Of a DNA stretch of 64,000 nucleotides, positions 43,747-55,405 are shown one piece after another. Numbering within the stretch: position 1 is the first letter of the stretch; every line of letters starts with the position of its first letter. The DNA lies in contig JBFLWU010000010.1 of assembly GCA_040757625.1 (NCBI GenBank), positions 56,898 through 120,897 of the forward strand. Reading direction: 5' to 3'. The position numbers were made by a program, and so were the translations under genes. Under the pieces are notes generated by a model. It had not been told where the DNA came from, ran no database searches, and saw only the letters and a program-made list of their open reading frames with translations. Source of the stretch: Thermodesulfobacteriota bacterium (lineage in GTDB: Bacteria; Desulfobacterota; Desulfobacteria; Desulfobacterales; JARGFK01).

Positions 43747-45840
43747 TCAACTCTCAAGATCGTTCAACACCAGGGTGATGGGTCTTTCTTCAACGTTTTT
43801 TCCGGTGAAGCGAATCGGGCCGGGCCGGCGGTAATCGTCATCGCCGGGGACCGCCGCCAGCCACTTCTCCCTGAGCGCCCTGACGACTCTGAAAGAGGCC
43901 GAATTGACGTCCACCAAGCTCTTTTCCAATACCAGCTCCAGCTTGCCCTTGCGCTCCTCCAGATGCATCAGCGGTGCAATCGGTATCCCGATGGGCTCCC
44001 ATTTACTGAATTCTTTTTCCAGATTTTTGATCGCCGCCATCTGGCCGGTCACCCCGTTGGCAATTAGGCTGAAGACCGTCAGCCCCAGATTGTATGTATA
44101 GATGCAGTCAAACCGGGTCGGATCGTTCCCCCTGCCGTCATATCCGAAAAAATGGGCCTGGGTTTTAAATTTGGGAATGGACTTGTTGAATATTTTCAGG
44201 ACGGCGGCGGGAATGTCTTTGTCTTCGCTCAGGAGCCCCGCCTTGACAAGTTCCTGTTTCAGGGTCTTGACCGAAATGATGGCCGCTTTAATGCTCAACA
44301 GTTCTCCATTCCTGTAATTTTTAAATAAACAGCGGCCATAAGGATCCGGGTCCAGACCGTCCTTTTTCAGGGTTTTGGCAAAGTAGTCGCGGTCAATGCC
44401 GATTTTATATTGCCCCTCTTCAAAGAGAATATCCAGGTAATCCTTGACCATTCCCATGAGGACCTTGTCGGTTTCAACCTGTGAAAATTGAAAATTGCCG
44501 TGGCTGTCCCGTTCCATCAGCAGGCCTTCCTGGAAAAAAGCGGGAATGTCATTAAAAAGCTCGTCGTCGCGGGTGTTCCAGATCGTAAAACCGGCATCTT
44601 CACGGGAACGTCTGGCCAGCCGCCGCAGGTATTCCAGTTTATCTTCCAGCAGGGGAAAGTCGGAATGAAAATCGGTGTCGTGCGTCTGGTTATACTCGGC
44701 GATGATCATGTTTAATTTTATAATAAAAACCTGAATTTCATTGATAAATTCCAAAACTCCTTCGGGGATGACAATTACGCCGTAATTCTTGCCGACCGCA
44801 GCCCGCCGGACAATGCCGTCGCAGATGACCCGCGAAAGATGCCGCAGGGTCATGCCGTAGGAATTGTAATCCGTACCTCCTTCTTTTTGGGCCTTTTCCA
44901 GCCGTTTTACATCAATATAGTCGGCCAGATCTTCACCGATCAGGGTCATGTTGGGATGCGACTGCAGGGCGACCTCCAGCGCCAGATGGCTGGCAACGCG
45001 CCCCATGACCTTGCAGATATGCCAGTACTTGACATCCGAACTGCTGTCCGTGCAAAGGTTGCTGATCGCCAGGGCGAACGCCCGGGCCGCCGTATGGAAT
45101 CCGAATGACACGGCACACAGCACCCGGCCGTCGGCATCCCTGACCTGGATGTCGCCGTCAATGGTCTTGGGAACGCCGATCACCTGGACCCCCATGCCGA
45201 TCATCTCCTCGGCCAGAAAGGCGGCATTGGTGTTGGAGTCGTCACCCCCTACGATCACCAACGCATCAAGGGACAGTTGTTTACAGGTTTCTTTGGAAAG
45301 CGCCATCTTCTGTTTGGAGTCTATTTTGGTTCTTCCGGTCTTGATCATGGTAAATCCACCCAGGTTCCGGTATTTCTCCACCAGTTCATCGTTGAGAATG
45401 ACGGCCTCGTTTTCAATAATTCCGTCCGGCCCCACCAGAAATCCGTAAACCCGCGTGTCCGGATTGGCTTTTTTGGCAGCGTCGTAAAGACCGGCAATCA
45501 CATTATGTCCGCCGGGCGCCGGACCTCCGGAAAAAACGATACCGATATTACGCTTTCGGGAATAAGCGGACCTAAACGCGTTATCCGGGGAATCCATCGG
45601 CATGACCGTTTGAACCTTATTTTTGACGATATGCGGCAGTTTTTTCAGAACCTCATGATGGATTGCAAAACGATAGCGGTCATCTTCCTTCAATACGGTA
45701 TAGGGGCTCTTAAACACCTTGCAGACGGGAGGCCGGTAGGACCTGCGATCCAGCAATTCACGGTTGACGCTGTCGATTGCCGCGCGAACTTTTTCGTTGG
45801 TTAAGAGCTTTTCCAGACTGATAGTTTTTTTGCCAGACAT
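43747..45840 (-). CDS. pfp: Pyrophosphate-dependent phosphofructokinase (long form)
   Basis: ATG 45840 is preceded by GGGAGGG. IGIVFSGGPAPGGHNV, VIVGGDDSNTNAA and PKTIDGD motifs. 697 aa. Confidence 0.85.
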   Translation of the reverse strand: MSGKKTISLEKLLTNEKVRAAIDSVNRELLDRRSYRPPVCKVFKSPYTVLKEDDRYRFAIHHEVLKKLPHIVKNKVQTVMPMDSPDNAFRSAYSRKRNIGIVFSGGPAPGGHNVIAGLYDAAKKANPDTRVYGFLVGPDGIIENEAVILNDELVEKYRNLGGFTMIKTGRTKIDSKQKMALSKETCKQLSLDALVIVGGDDSNTNAAFLAEEMIGMGVQVIGVPKTIDGDIQVRDADGRVLCAVSFGFHTAARAFALAISNLCTDSSSDVKYWHICKVMGRVASHLALEVALQSHPNMTLIGEDLADYIDVKRLEKAQKEGGTDYNSYGMTLRHLSRVICDGIVRRAAVGKNYGVIVIPEGVLEFINEIQVFIIKLNMIIAEYNQTHDTDFHSDFPLLEDKLEYLRRLARRSREDAGFTIWNTRDDELFNDIPAFFQEGLLMERDSHGNFQFSQVETDKVLMGMVKDYLDILFEEGQYKIGIDRDYFAKTLKKDGLDPDPYGRCLFKNYRNGELLSIKAAIISVKTLKQELVKAGLLSEDKDIPAAVLKIFNKSIPKFKTQAHFFGYDGRGNDPTRFDCIYTYNLGLTVFSLIANGVTGQMAAIKNLEKEFSKWEPIGIPIAPLMHLEERKGKLELVLEKSLVDVNSASFRVVRALREKWLAAVPGDDDYRRPGPIRFTGKNVEERPITLVLNDLES

Positions 45841-46286
45841 CCATTCCCTCCCTTGAAAATGATGAATCGGTAAGCGTGAAGAAAACATTTGAAATGTCAA
45901 AATGTTGCCCTGTCTGTTCAGTGCCGGATCATACTAACTGCGCCCCTCCATCAGTGTCAAGATTAATTAACCGAAATGATTACAATTTGCCGTTCAATCT
46001 ACCATATATTGTAGCATGGTTTGCCAAAACACCCTGCAAATTGTGTTTTTCCCTTTACATTTGGATTGATTTTTGGTACCCATTTAGAGTCTTTAAATTT
46101 CTTTTGCATTCATATGGAACAGCCGCTAAAAGAGAACAGGCTTTCTATAAATTTATATTATGCACCGGTCTCGCAAAACGACCGGCGAATCACTCAAACT
46201 GTTCGCAACTCAACGCTTTCAGGCAACAAGATTAAACTATCGGCAACGTCTATCCGGACACTCAGATGGACAGGAGGCCTTAGGAT

Positions 46287-49200
46287 ATGAAGCTTAAAAA
46301 ACTGGAAATCAATGGATTCAAATCTTTTGTCGATAAAGCCTGTATTGAATTCCCGGCCGGCATTTCAGCCATCGTCGGCCCCAATGGCTGCGGCAAAAGC
46401 AATGTCGTCGATGCCATCCGCTGGGTCATGGGCGAACAGAGCGTCAAGCAGCTCCGCGGCAAAGCCATGGAAGATGTCATTTTTGCGGGAACAAACGGCA
46501 AACCGCCCCTGAACATGGCGGAAGTCTCTTTGACCCTGCTCAATGACAACGGCTCCGCACCCGAGGAATTAAAGGATTTTACTGAAATCATGCTCACCCG
46601 GCGCCTGTATCGCTCGGGTGAAAGCGCTTACTATATCAATAAGCAACTCTGCCGGCTCAAGGATATCCACAACGTCTTTATGGGCAGTGGGTTGGGTCCC
46701 AAATCCTATGCCGTGATTCAGCAGGGGAACATCGGCGCCATAACCGATGCCGGACCGGAGGAACGGCGGTATTTCATCGAAGAAGCCGCCGGCGTCACCC
46801 GTTTTATCAGCAGAAAAAACGAAGCGCTTCGCAAGGTCGATTCCACCAATCAAAACCTTCTGCGGGTTTCCGATATCATTACGGAAGTCAAGCGGCAGAT
46901 GGGCAGCCTCAAACGCCAGGCCAAAAAGGCCGAACTTTATAAAAAATTTCAGGACCGCATCAAGCGCCTCGATGTCGTACTGGCCCATCACGCCGCCAAT
47001 GTTCTCACCGAACAGATCGCCGCAACCGACGCTCTTTTGAAAAACCTGAAAGATAAGGACATCGAACACATCACCCAGCTAAAAAAACTGGATGCGGCCA
47101 TCGAAGGCATCAAGCAGCAGCGCTGGCAGAAAAACCAGGAGATTTCAGAACAAAAATCGCAAAAATTCGAGACCCAGCGAAGTATCGACAGAAGGGAAAA
47201 TGACCTTGCCTATCTAAACAAGGACATCGAGCGCCTGGCCCAGGAATCGGCCGAACTGGAAATCGTTCGCCGGGAGCTATTCGAAAAGAATCAATCCATT
47301 CTGTCTGAGATCGATCAGGTCAAAATTCAAAACAGCGACCTGAAATCTCAGATTCAGTCCGTGAAGGCTACCCTTAACCAGGAAATGCTGTCCACCCAGA
47401 GCTTGAGAGAAGAACTGTCCGGTTTAAACGGACGCCTGGAAGACAGCAAGGCCGAACTCATGGAGCGGATCTCCCGTGAAGCCCAGTATAAGAACTTTTT
47501 TCAGAATGCCCAGAACAACAAAGAAAACCTCAAAAGACGCCTGAAACGGATCGACGAAGAAGAGGCGCTTGCCGCCGAAAAGGCTTCAACTCTGCAGGAA
47601 AAAGAAACCCAGGCCGCTGAAGAACTCAAAGCGGTTAAGGCGATCATTGTCGACTTGAACCGTCGTCTGGAAGAGACCCGCGCCCAGCTTGAAAGCAAGA
47701 GCAAAGCGCTCGGCCAGCAGGTCAAAACGGTTCAGACCCTCGATCTCGAACGCAACAAGCTGCGCTCCAGATTCAGCACGCTGAAGAAGATGGAGGAAAA
47801 TTTTGAGTGGTATAAAGAGGGCGTCCGGGCCATCATGAAAAATGCCCGGGAGACCGTGGACGTTTCCGGAACCCCAGACCCTGCAACCGTTCCCAGAATC
47901 AAGGGGATTATCGGACTGCTGGCCGATATTATCGAACCGGAGACATCGTTTGAGCCATCGGTGGAAGCCGCCCTAGGAGAAGCCCTGCAATACATCCTTG
48001 TCGAAAATCAGGAAGCCGGAACCGGTGCCATCGATTTCCTTCAGACCCAAAGCAACGGCCGCAGCGGGTTTATCCCGTTAGCTTCCATCAAACCGCTCGA
48101 ATATGGCCTGCTTAAGAAACCGGATGCTTCCAGGCGCCTGCTCAATCATGTGTCCGTTAAACCGGGATTTGAGCCGATCGCCGAGGCGCTGCTGGGCCAT
48201 GTCGTGGTCACCGACACCATCAGCGAAGCACTGGATGTCTTTAACCGCAACGGCGCCCTGCAGTCGGTGGTTACGAAAGGCGGCGACATGATTACCCCTC
48301 AGGGAATCATGATCGGCGGAAACAAGGAAAACTTGTCCGGCATCCTCACCAAGAAACAGGAGTTGAAGGAACTCGAGCAACACATCCTCCATCTGGATAA
48401 AGAACTGGAATCCGCCCGGCAGGAACAAAAACAGCTTGAAGGGTCGGTGTTGGCCCTGGAAACCACCCTGCACAACTTTACCGAACAGAAAAATACAGCG
48501 GTCCAAAATGAGATAACGGCCGAAAAATCACTCTATAAGGTTTCGGAGGAATTAAAGCACGCCCGGCGTCATCTTGAAATCGTCCGCCTGGAGCAGGAAC
48601 AGCTCATGGGCGAGGAAAGCGATATCGAAGAAGAAATGGCCAAATACAATTACGCCCTGGCTGAAATTGAATCCGAAGTCGCAGGCGCCCAGAAAACAGT
48701 GGCCGGCTTAAACGAAGCCATCGGTTCCGTCTCCACCCAGCTTGAAGCTTTCGATCAGCGGATCGTCGATCTGAAACTGCAGCTGACGGCCTTGAATGCC
48801 AAGCTGGAAAACAGCAACAATACCCTGACACGGCTGCAGGAGTTCCAAACGGAAGGTATCAAACGCCTGGAACAGCTCGGCCAGGAAATCAACCAGAAGA
48901 ATCAGAAACGAACCGCCTTAAAAGAAAAAATTGCCGAATTCGAGCAGACCTTGTCTGGCATGTATGCGGACTTGAAACGGCTGGACAGCTCCCTCGAACT
49001 CAGCGAAGCGGACTATCTGGCGATCGATAATACCTTAAAGGAAAAAGACACCACCATTTCAACCGTTCAAAACGAACGCGAGGAGGTTCTTCAGAAAATG
49101 CGCCTCCTTGAAATTGAGCAGTCCCAGCGTCAGATGCAGCGGGACAACATTTCAAACCGCCTGGAAGAGCGTTACCACCAGCCCTTTGGAGAACTCAAGA

Positions 49201-49913
49201 CCGAATTTGCCTCACTGCTGGAATCACCGGAGAGTCAGACCGAAACCGCCCTGCAGGAAAAGGAAGATGAATTAACGCGGCTCAAAAGTAAAATCTCCAA
49301 AATTATCGACGTCAATCTCGGCGCCATCAAGGAATATGAGCAATTAAAGGAGCGCTGCGATTTTCTTTGCACCCAGCGCGATGATCTTGAAAAAGCCGTG
49401 GAAGACCTCCATAAGGTCATTCGAAAGATCAACAAAATAACCAAAGAGCGTTTTCTGGAGACGTTTGACCGGGTAAACGAAAAACTGACGGAAGTATTCC
49501 CGCGACTTTTTGAAGGCGGGACCGCCAAGCTGGTTTTGACCGATCCGGAAAAACCCCTTGAAACCGGCGTGGAGTATATGATTCACCCTCCCGGCAAAAA
49601 ACTGACGCGCATGAGCCTCCTATCAGGCGGTGAAAAAGCACTGGCGGCCATCGCTTTTATTTTCTCGATTTTCTTGCTGAAGCCGACGTCATTCTGTCTG
49701 ATGGATGAAATCGATGCGCCCCTTGATGAGGCCAACATCTTCCGCTTCAACGAACTGCTGAAAATCATTGGAACCCAATCTCAAATCGTTATGATCACCC
49801 ACAACAAGCGGACCATGGAGTTTGCCGACACCCTCTTCGGCATCACGATGGAAAAGAAAGGGGTCTCTAAGGTTGTTTCCGTAAATTTCGAACGGCAAGG
49901 GGCGCTCAATTAA
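46287..49913 (+). CDS. smc: Chromosome partition protein SMC
   Basis: 1208 aa. Walker A GPNGCGKSN, long coiled coils, central hinge, C-terminal LSGGEKAL and Walker B FCLMDEIDAPLD. Confidence 0.95.
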   Translation: MKLKKLEINGFKSFVDKACIEFPAGISAIVGPNGCGKSNVVDAIRWVMGEQSVKQLRGKAMEDVIFAGTNGKPPLNMAEVSLTLLNDNGSAPEELKDFTEIMLTRRLYRSGESAYYINKQLCRLKDIHNVFMGSGLGPKSYAVIQQGNIGAITDAGPEERRYFIEEAAGVTRFISRKNEALRKVDSTNQNLLRVSDIITEVKRQMGSLKRQAKKAELYKKFQDRIKRLDVVLAHHAANVLTEQIAATDALLKNLKDKDIEHITQLKKLDAAIEGIKQQRWQKNQEISEQKSQKFETQRSIDRRENDLAYLNKDIERLAQESAELEIVRRELFEKNQSILSEIDQVKIQNSDLKSQIQSVKATLNQEMLSTQSLREELSGLNGRLEDSKAELMERISREAQYKNFFQNAQNNKENLKRRLKRIDEEEALAAEKASTLQEKETQAAEELKAVKAIIVDLNRRLEETRAQLESKSKALGQQVKTVQTLDLERNKLRSRFSTLKKMEENFEWYKEGVRAIMKNARETVDVSGTPDPATVPRIKGIIGLLADIIEPETSFEPSVEAALGEALQYILVENQEAGTGAIDFLQTQSNGRSGFIPLASIKPLEYGLLKKPDASRRLLNHVSVKPGFEPIAEALLGHVVVTDTISEALDVFNRNGALQSVVTKGGDMITPQGIMIGGNKENLSGILTKKQELKELEQHILHLDKELESARQEQKQLEGSVLALETTLHNFTEQKNTAVQNEITAEKSLYKVSEELKHARRHLEIVRLEQEQLMGEESDIEEEMAKYNYALAEIESEVAGAQKTVAGLNEAIGSVSTQLEAFDQRIVDLKLQLTALNAKLENSNNTLTRLQEFQTEGIKRLEQLGQEINQKNQKRTALKEKIAEFEQTLSGMYADLKRLDSSLELSEADYLAIDNTLKEKDTTISTVQNEREEVLQKMRLLEIEQSQRQMQRDNISNRLEERYHQPFGELKTEFASLLESPESQTETALQEKEDELTRLKSKISKIIDVNLGAIKEYEQLKERCDFLCTQRDDLEKAVEDLHKVIRKINKITKERFLETFDRVNEKLTEVFPRLFEGGTAKLVLTDPEKPLETGVEYMIHPPGKKLTRMSLLSGGEKALAAIAFIFSIFLLKPTSFCLMDEIDAPLDEANIFRFNELLKIIGTQSQIVMITHNKRTMEFADTLFGITMEKKGVSKVVSVNFERQGALN

Positions 49914-49916
49914 CGC

Positions 49917-50987
49917 ATGAAGGCATTTTCCTGGTTTAAAAAGCCCAAGCGGACCGGCAACGCCGATCAAAAGAGCCGCTCAACTGACGCTGATGAAACC
50001 GCTCCGGCAAAGTCCGCCGGTTCTGGCGGCCCCGGCATCCCCCGCCCTGAAACCCATCCGCCCGATCCCGGTCCTTCAAGCGAACCCGGGTTCTTCAAAC
50101 GACTGAAATCAGGGCTGGCAAAGACACGCCTGACCTTTTCCGGCGGTATTGAAAAATTATTTGCCGGCCGCAAAGCCATCGACGACGATCTGCTGGAAGA
50201 ACTGGAAGAGCTCCTGATCACTTCGGACATCGGGGTCCGGACCGCCGGGAACCTGATCGGAAGAATTGCAAAACTGTCCGCCGGCATGACCGACCCCTCT
50301 CAGCTGAAAGCCGTTCTGCGGGATGAAATCCAGGCCATTCTCCAAAAGGAGTCGGCGCCCGCCGCACCGGCTGCAGCCGGACCCCGCATCATCATGGTCG
50401 TCGGCGTAAACGGCGTCGGCAAAACCACCACCATCGGGAAACTGGCCGCCAAATCCGTCGCCGCCGGCAAAAAGGTCCTGATAGCCGCCGCCGACACATT
50501 TCGCGCCGCCGCCGTCGAGCAACTCACGATCTGGTCGGAAAGAGCCGGCGCCGAAATTGTCAAACATAAGGAAGGAGCGGACCCCGCTGCTGTCGCCTAC
50601 GATGCCCTTGAAGCCGCGGAAGCCAGAACCATGGACGTCGTGCTGATCGATACGGCCGGCCGGCTGCATACCCGGGTAAACCTGATGGAAGAGCTCAAAA
50701 AGATGAAACGCATCATTTCCAAGAAAATACCGGGGGCACCCCATGAAATTCTTCTGGTGCTGGACGCTACCACCGGCCAGAACGCCCTGGCTCAGGCCAG
50801 GATGTTCCACGATGCCTTGGGCATTACAGCGATTGCCGTTACCAAGCTCGACGGGACCGCCAAGGGCGGCATTGTCGTCAGTATCTGCGACACCTTGAAT
50901 ATCCCGCTGAAACATGTCGGGGTGGGTGAAGCTATCGAAGATCTGCAGGACTTTGATCCCAAACAATTTGTAAATGCCCTGTTTTAG
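49917..50987 (+). CDS. ftsY: Signal recognition particle receptor FtsY
   Basis: Pro-rich acidic N-terminus. NG domain with GVNGVGKTTTIGKLA, DTAGR and TKLDGTAKGG. Confidence 0.95.
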   Translation: MKAFSWFKKPKRTGNADQKSRSTDADETAPAKSAGSGGPGIPRPETHPPDPGPSSEPGFFKRLKSGLAKTRLTFSGGIEKLFAGRKAIDDDLLEELEELLITSDIGVRTAGNLIGRIAKLSAGMTDPSQLKAVLRDEIQAILQKESAPAAPAAAGPRIIMVVGVNGVGKTTTIGKLAAKSVAAGKKVLIAAADTFRAAAVEQLTIWSERAGAEIVKHKEGADPAAVAYDALEAAEARTMDVVLIDTAGRLHTRVNLMEELKKMKRIISKKIPGAPHEILLVLDATTGQNALAQARMFHDALGITAIAVTKLDGTAKGGIVVSICDTLNIPLKHVGVGEAIEDLQDFDPKQFVNALF

Positions 50988-51280
50988 CGGTATCGCAAGG
51001 CTCACGGCCGTCCCGTTGGTTTCGGGCGCTTCCGGTTTCATAATTGCATGCGCGCAGTGTTTTGTTTTTGTTCTTCCCGTGCTGACCGTTGCTGCTGGTC
51101 AATCTAGAACGGCATTCGCCCGCAAACCCAATGACAGCGTCCATCAGCGACGGTCAACCCCAAAAAAGTGTTGCAGCGGGCTGTTTTTCTGTTGACATCA
51201 CTATTATCCTGCTGTAAGGGGTTATGAAAATAGGCGGTCGATTCAATCATCAATCAATAACACAAAAGGGGGACGGTACT

Positions 51281-51553
51281 ATGACAAAAGCAGAACTGGT
51301 AGACAAAATGGCAAAAGATGCTGGAATCTCCAAAGTCGCTGCCGCTGCCGCACTCGACTCTTTTATGGACGGCGTCGTCAAAACGCTGAAGAAAAAAGAC
51401 GGCAAAGTGACATTGGTTGGGTTTGGTACTTTTTCTAAAGGCCGTCGCAAAGCCCGTAAGGGCCGCAATCCGCAGACCGGCGCCCCGATTAAAATCAAGG
51501 CTTCCAACGTTGTCAAATTCAAAGCGGGTAAAAAACTCAAAGCCGCCGTTTAA
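51281..51553 (+). CDS. HU-family nucleoid-associated DNA-binding protein
   Basis: ATG 51281 is preceded by AAGGGGGA. MTKAELVDKMAKDAGISK...GFGTF...RKGRNPQTGAPIKI. 90 aa. Confidence 0.9.
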   Translation: MTKAELVDKMAKDAGISKVAAAAALDSFMDGVVKTLKKKDGKVTLVGFGTFSKGRRKARKGRNPQTGAPIKIKASNVVKFKAGKKLKAAV

Positions 51554-51572
51554 TTTATCTTATCTAAACATC

Positions 51573-51620
51573 GAAGCGGTTCATAAGCTATTGCAAGGCT
51601 TATGAACCGCTTCTTTTTTT
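51573..51620 (+). terminator. Rho-independent terminator after the HU gene
   Basis: Perfect 16-bp stem GAAGCGGTTCATAAGC / GCTTATGAACCGCTTC, 9-nt loop, then T7. Confidence 0.85.
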
Positions 51621-51682
51621 AAGCGCCCCGCTATGCGAAGCAGGTGCTTGCCGAAAAGATGCTCCGTTTGTTGGACACGGTA

Positions 51683-51964
51683 CTAATAAGCGATATAAAA
51701 TTCCTTATACTCGCCGGTATAGGGCGCCTCTTCGATATCGATCCCTTTTACATCGGCATGGCGCGGCCCCCGGCGGCACCAGTCGATGACCGCGGCGACC
51801 TTTTCCTTATCCCCTTCAAATACGGCCTCAACCGATCCGTCCGCCCGGTTTTTGACCCACCCGAAAACCCCATGCCGATCGGCCGCCCGCTGGGTTTCCA
51901 TCCGGAAGAAAACCCCCTGCACCCGTCCCCGGATAATGACATGCACTCTTGTTTTTGTTCTCAT
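51683..51964 (-). CDS. acyP: Acylphosphatase
   Basis: 93 aa. VHVIIRGRVQGVFFR and GWVKNRADGSVE motifs. Confidence 0.85.
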   Translation of the reverse strand: MRTKTRVHVIIRGRVQGVFFRMETQRAADRHGVFGWVKNRADGSVEAVFEGDKEKVAAVIDWCRRGPRHADVKGIDIEEAPYTGEYKEFYIAY

Positions 51965-51965
51965 G

Positions 51966-54733
<2,768 letters not shown>

Positions 54734-54853
54734 CCCGGGTTACGCGCATAAAATTACCTGTTGGTACCGGTTGCAACGGAATTTTCCGGCGGCTGAATCG
54801 AAACGCAATGTTGCACCGGCTGCCGGTTGCGGGTCCGCCTGCGTCCATACCCG

Positions 54854-55105
54854 TTAGGCCGGTCCGGCCAGCTGCGCCAGGGAATCCTTGACATCGTCGA
54901 TGATCTCATAGAACCACAACAGGTCCTCAATGGTCATCCGGCCGGCCTTGCGCTGGGATTCCTTGCCGTCCTTTGTTTTGAACTCCCGCGGCCCGATTTG
55001 CAGCTTCGGCTCCCCGCTGCCGTACTGGTTGATGGAGACCACCAGCCCGGTCTCGTCACACTTCCATTTTTTTAAAACCTTGTCCATTGAAGGATCGAAC
55101 GGCAT
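54854..55105 (-). CDS. Small conserved-looking protein, possibly PC4/YdbC-like ssDNA-binding fold
   Basis: 83 aa. GGGAGG RBS 5 nt upstream of the ATG. The pattern ...LVVSINQYGSGEPKLQIGPREF...KAGRMTIEDLLWF resembles bacterial YdbC/PC4-type proteins from memory only. Confidence 0.4.
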   Translation of the reverse strand: MPFDPSMDKVLKKWKCDETGLVVSINQYGSGEPKLQIGPREFKTKDGKESQRKAGRMTIEDLLWFYEIIDDVKDSLAQLAGPA

Positions 55106-55185
55106 AAACGCCTCCCATTATAAATATTAGGTTGTGCGGTTATCTAAAATGCACAAGTTGACTCAACGGCGGCCGCCAAGGTGAT

Positions 55186-55357
55186 CCGATTCAGAGCGGG
55201 CGACTGTCGGAACGCATTAGCGTGCGTTAAATGGAACCGCACAGAGATCGTTTTTGACCGCGCCAACATTTGATTCAAGCTTAAAGGCATATCTCAGGTC
55301 CGATCCGGTTCCATTGTTACGCACACTTATGCGTGAGCTTCAGCCGCGCAGAATCGG
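55186..55357. repeat. 172-bp imperfect long inverted repeat / rod-like structured element
   Basis: Outer arms CCGATTCAGAGCGG (55186-55199) / CCGCGCAGAATCGG (55344-55357). Inner arms GCGTGCGTTAAATGGAACCG (55220-55239) / CGGTTCCATTGTTACGCACAC (55306-55326). Each inner arm is also locally palindromic. Confidence 0.6.
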
Positions 55358-55405
55358 ATTATTATGGCAACCACGCACCTGACTGAGACTTTCTGGACAA
55401 CCCAA

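Noticed and set aside
50157-51041. 294-aa minus-strand ORF antisense to ftsY.
   Set aside because: It lies fully inside the ftsY NG domain coding region. It is a Gly/Asp/Phe-rich shadow translation.
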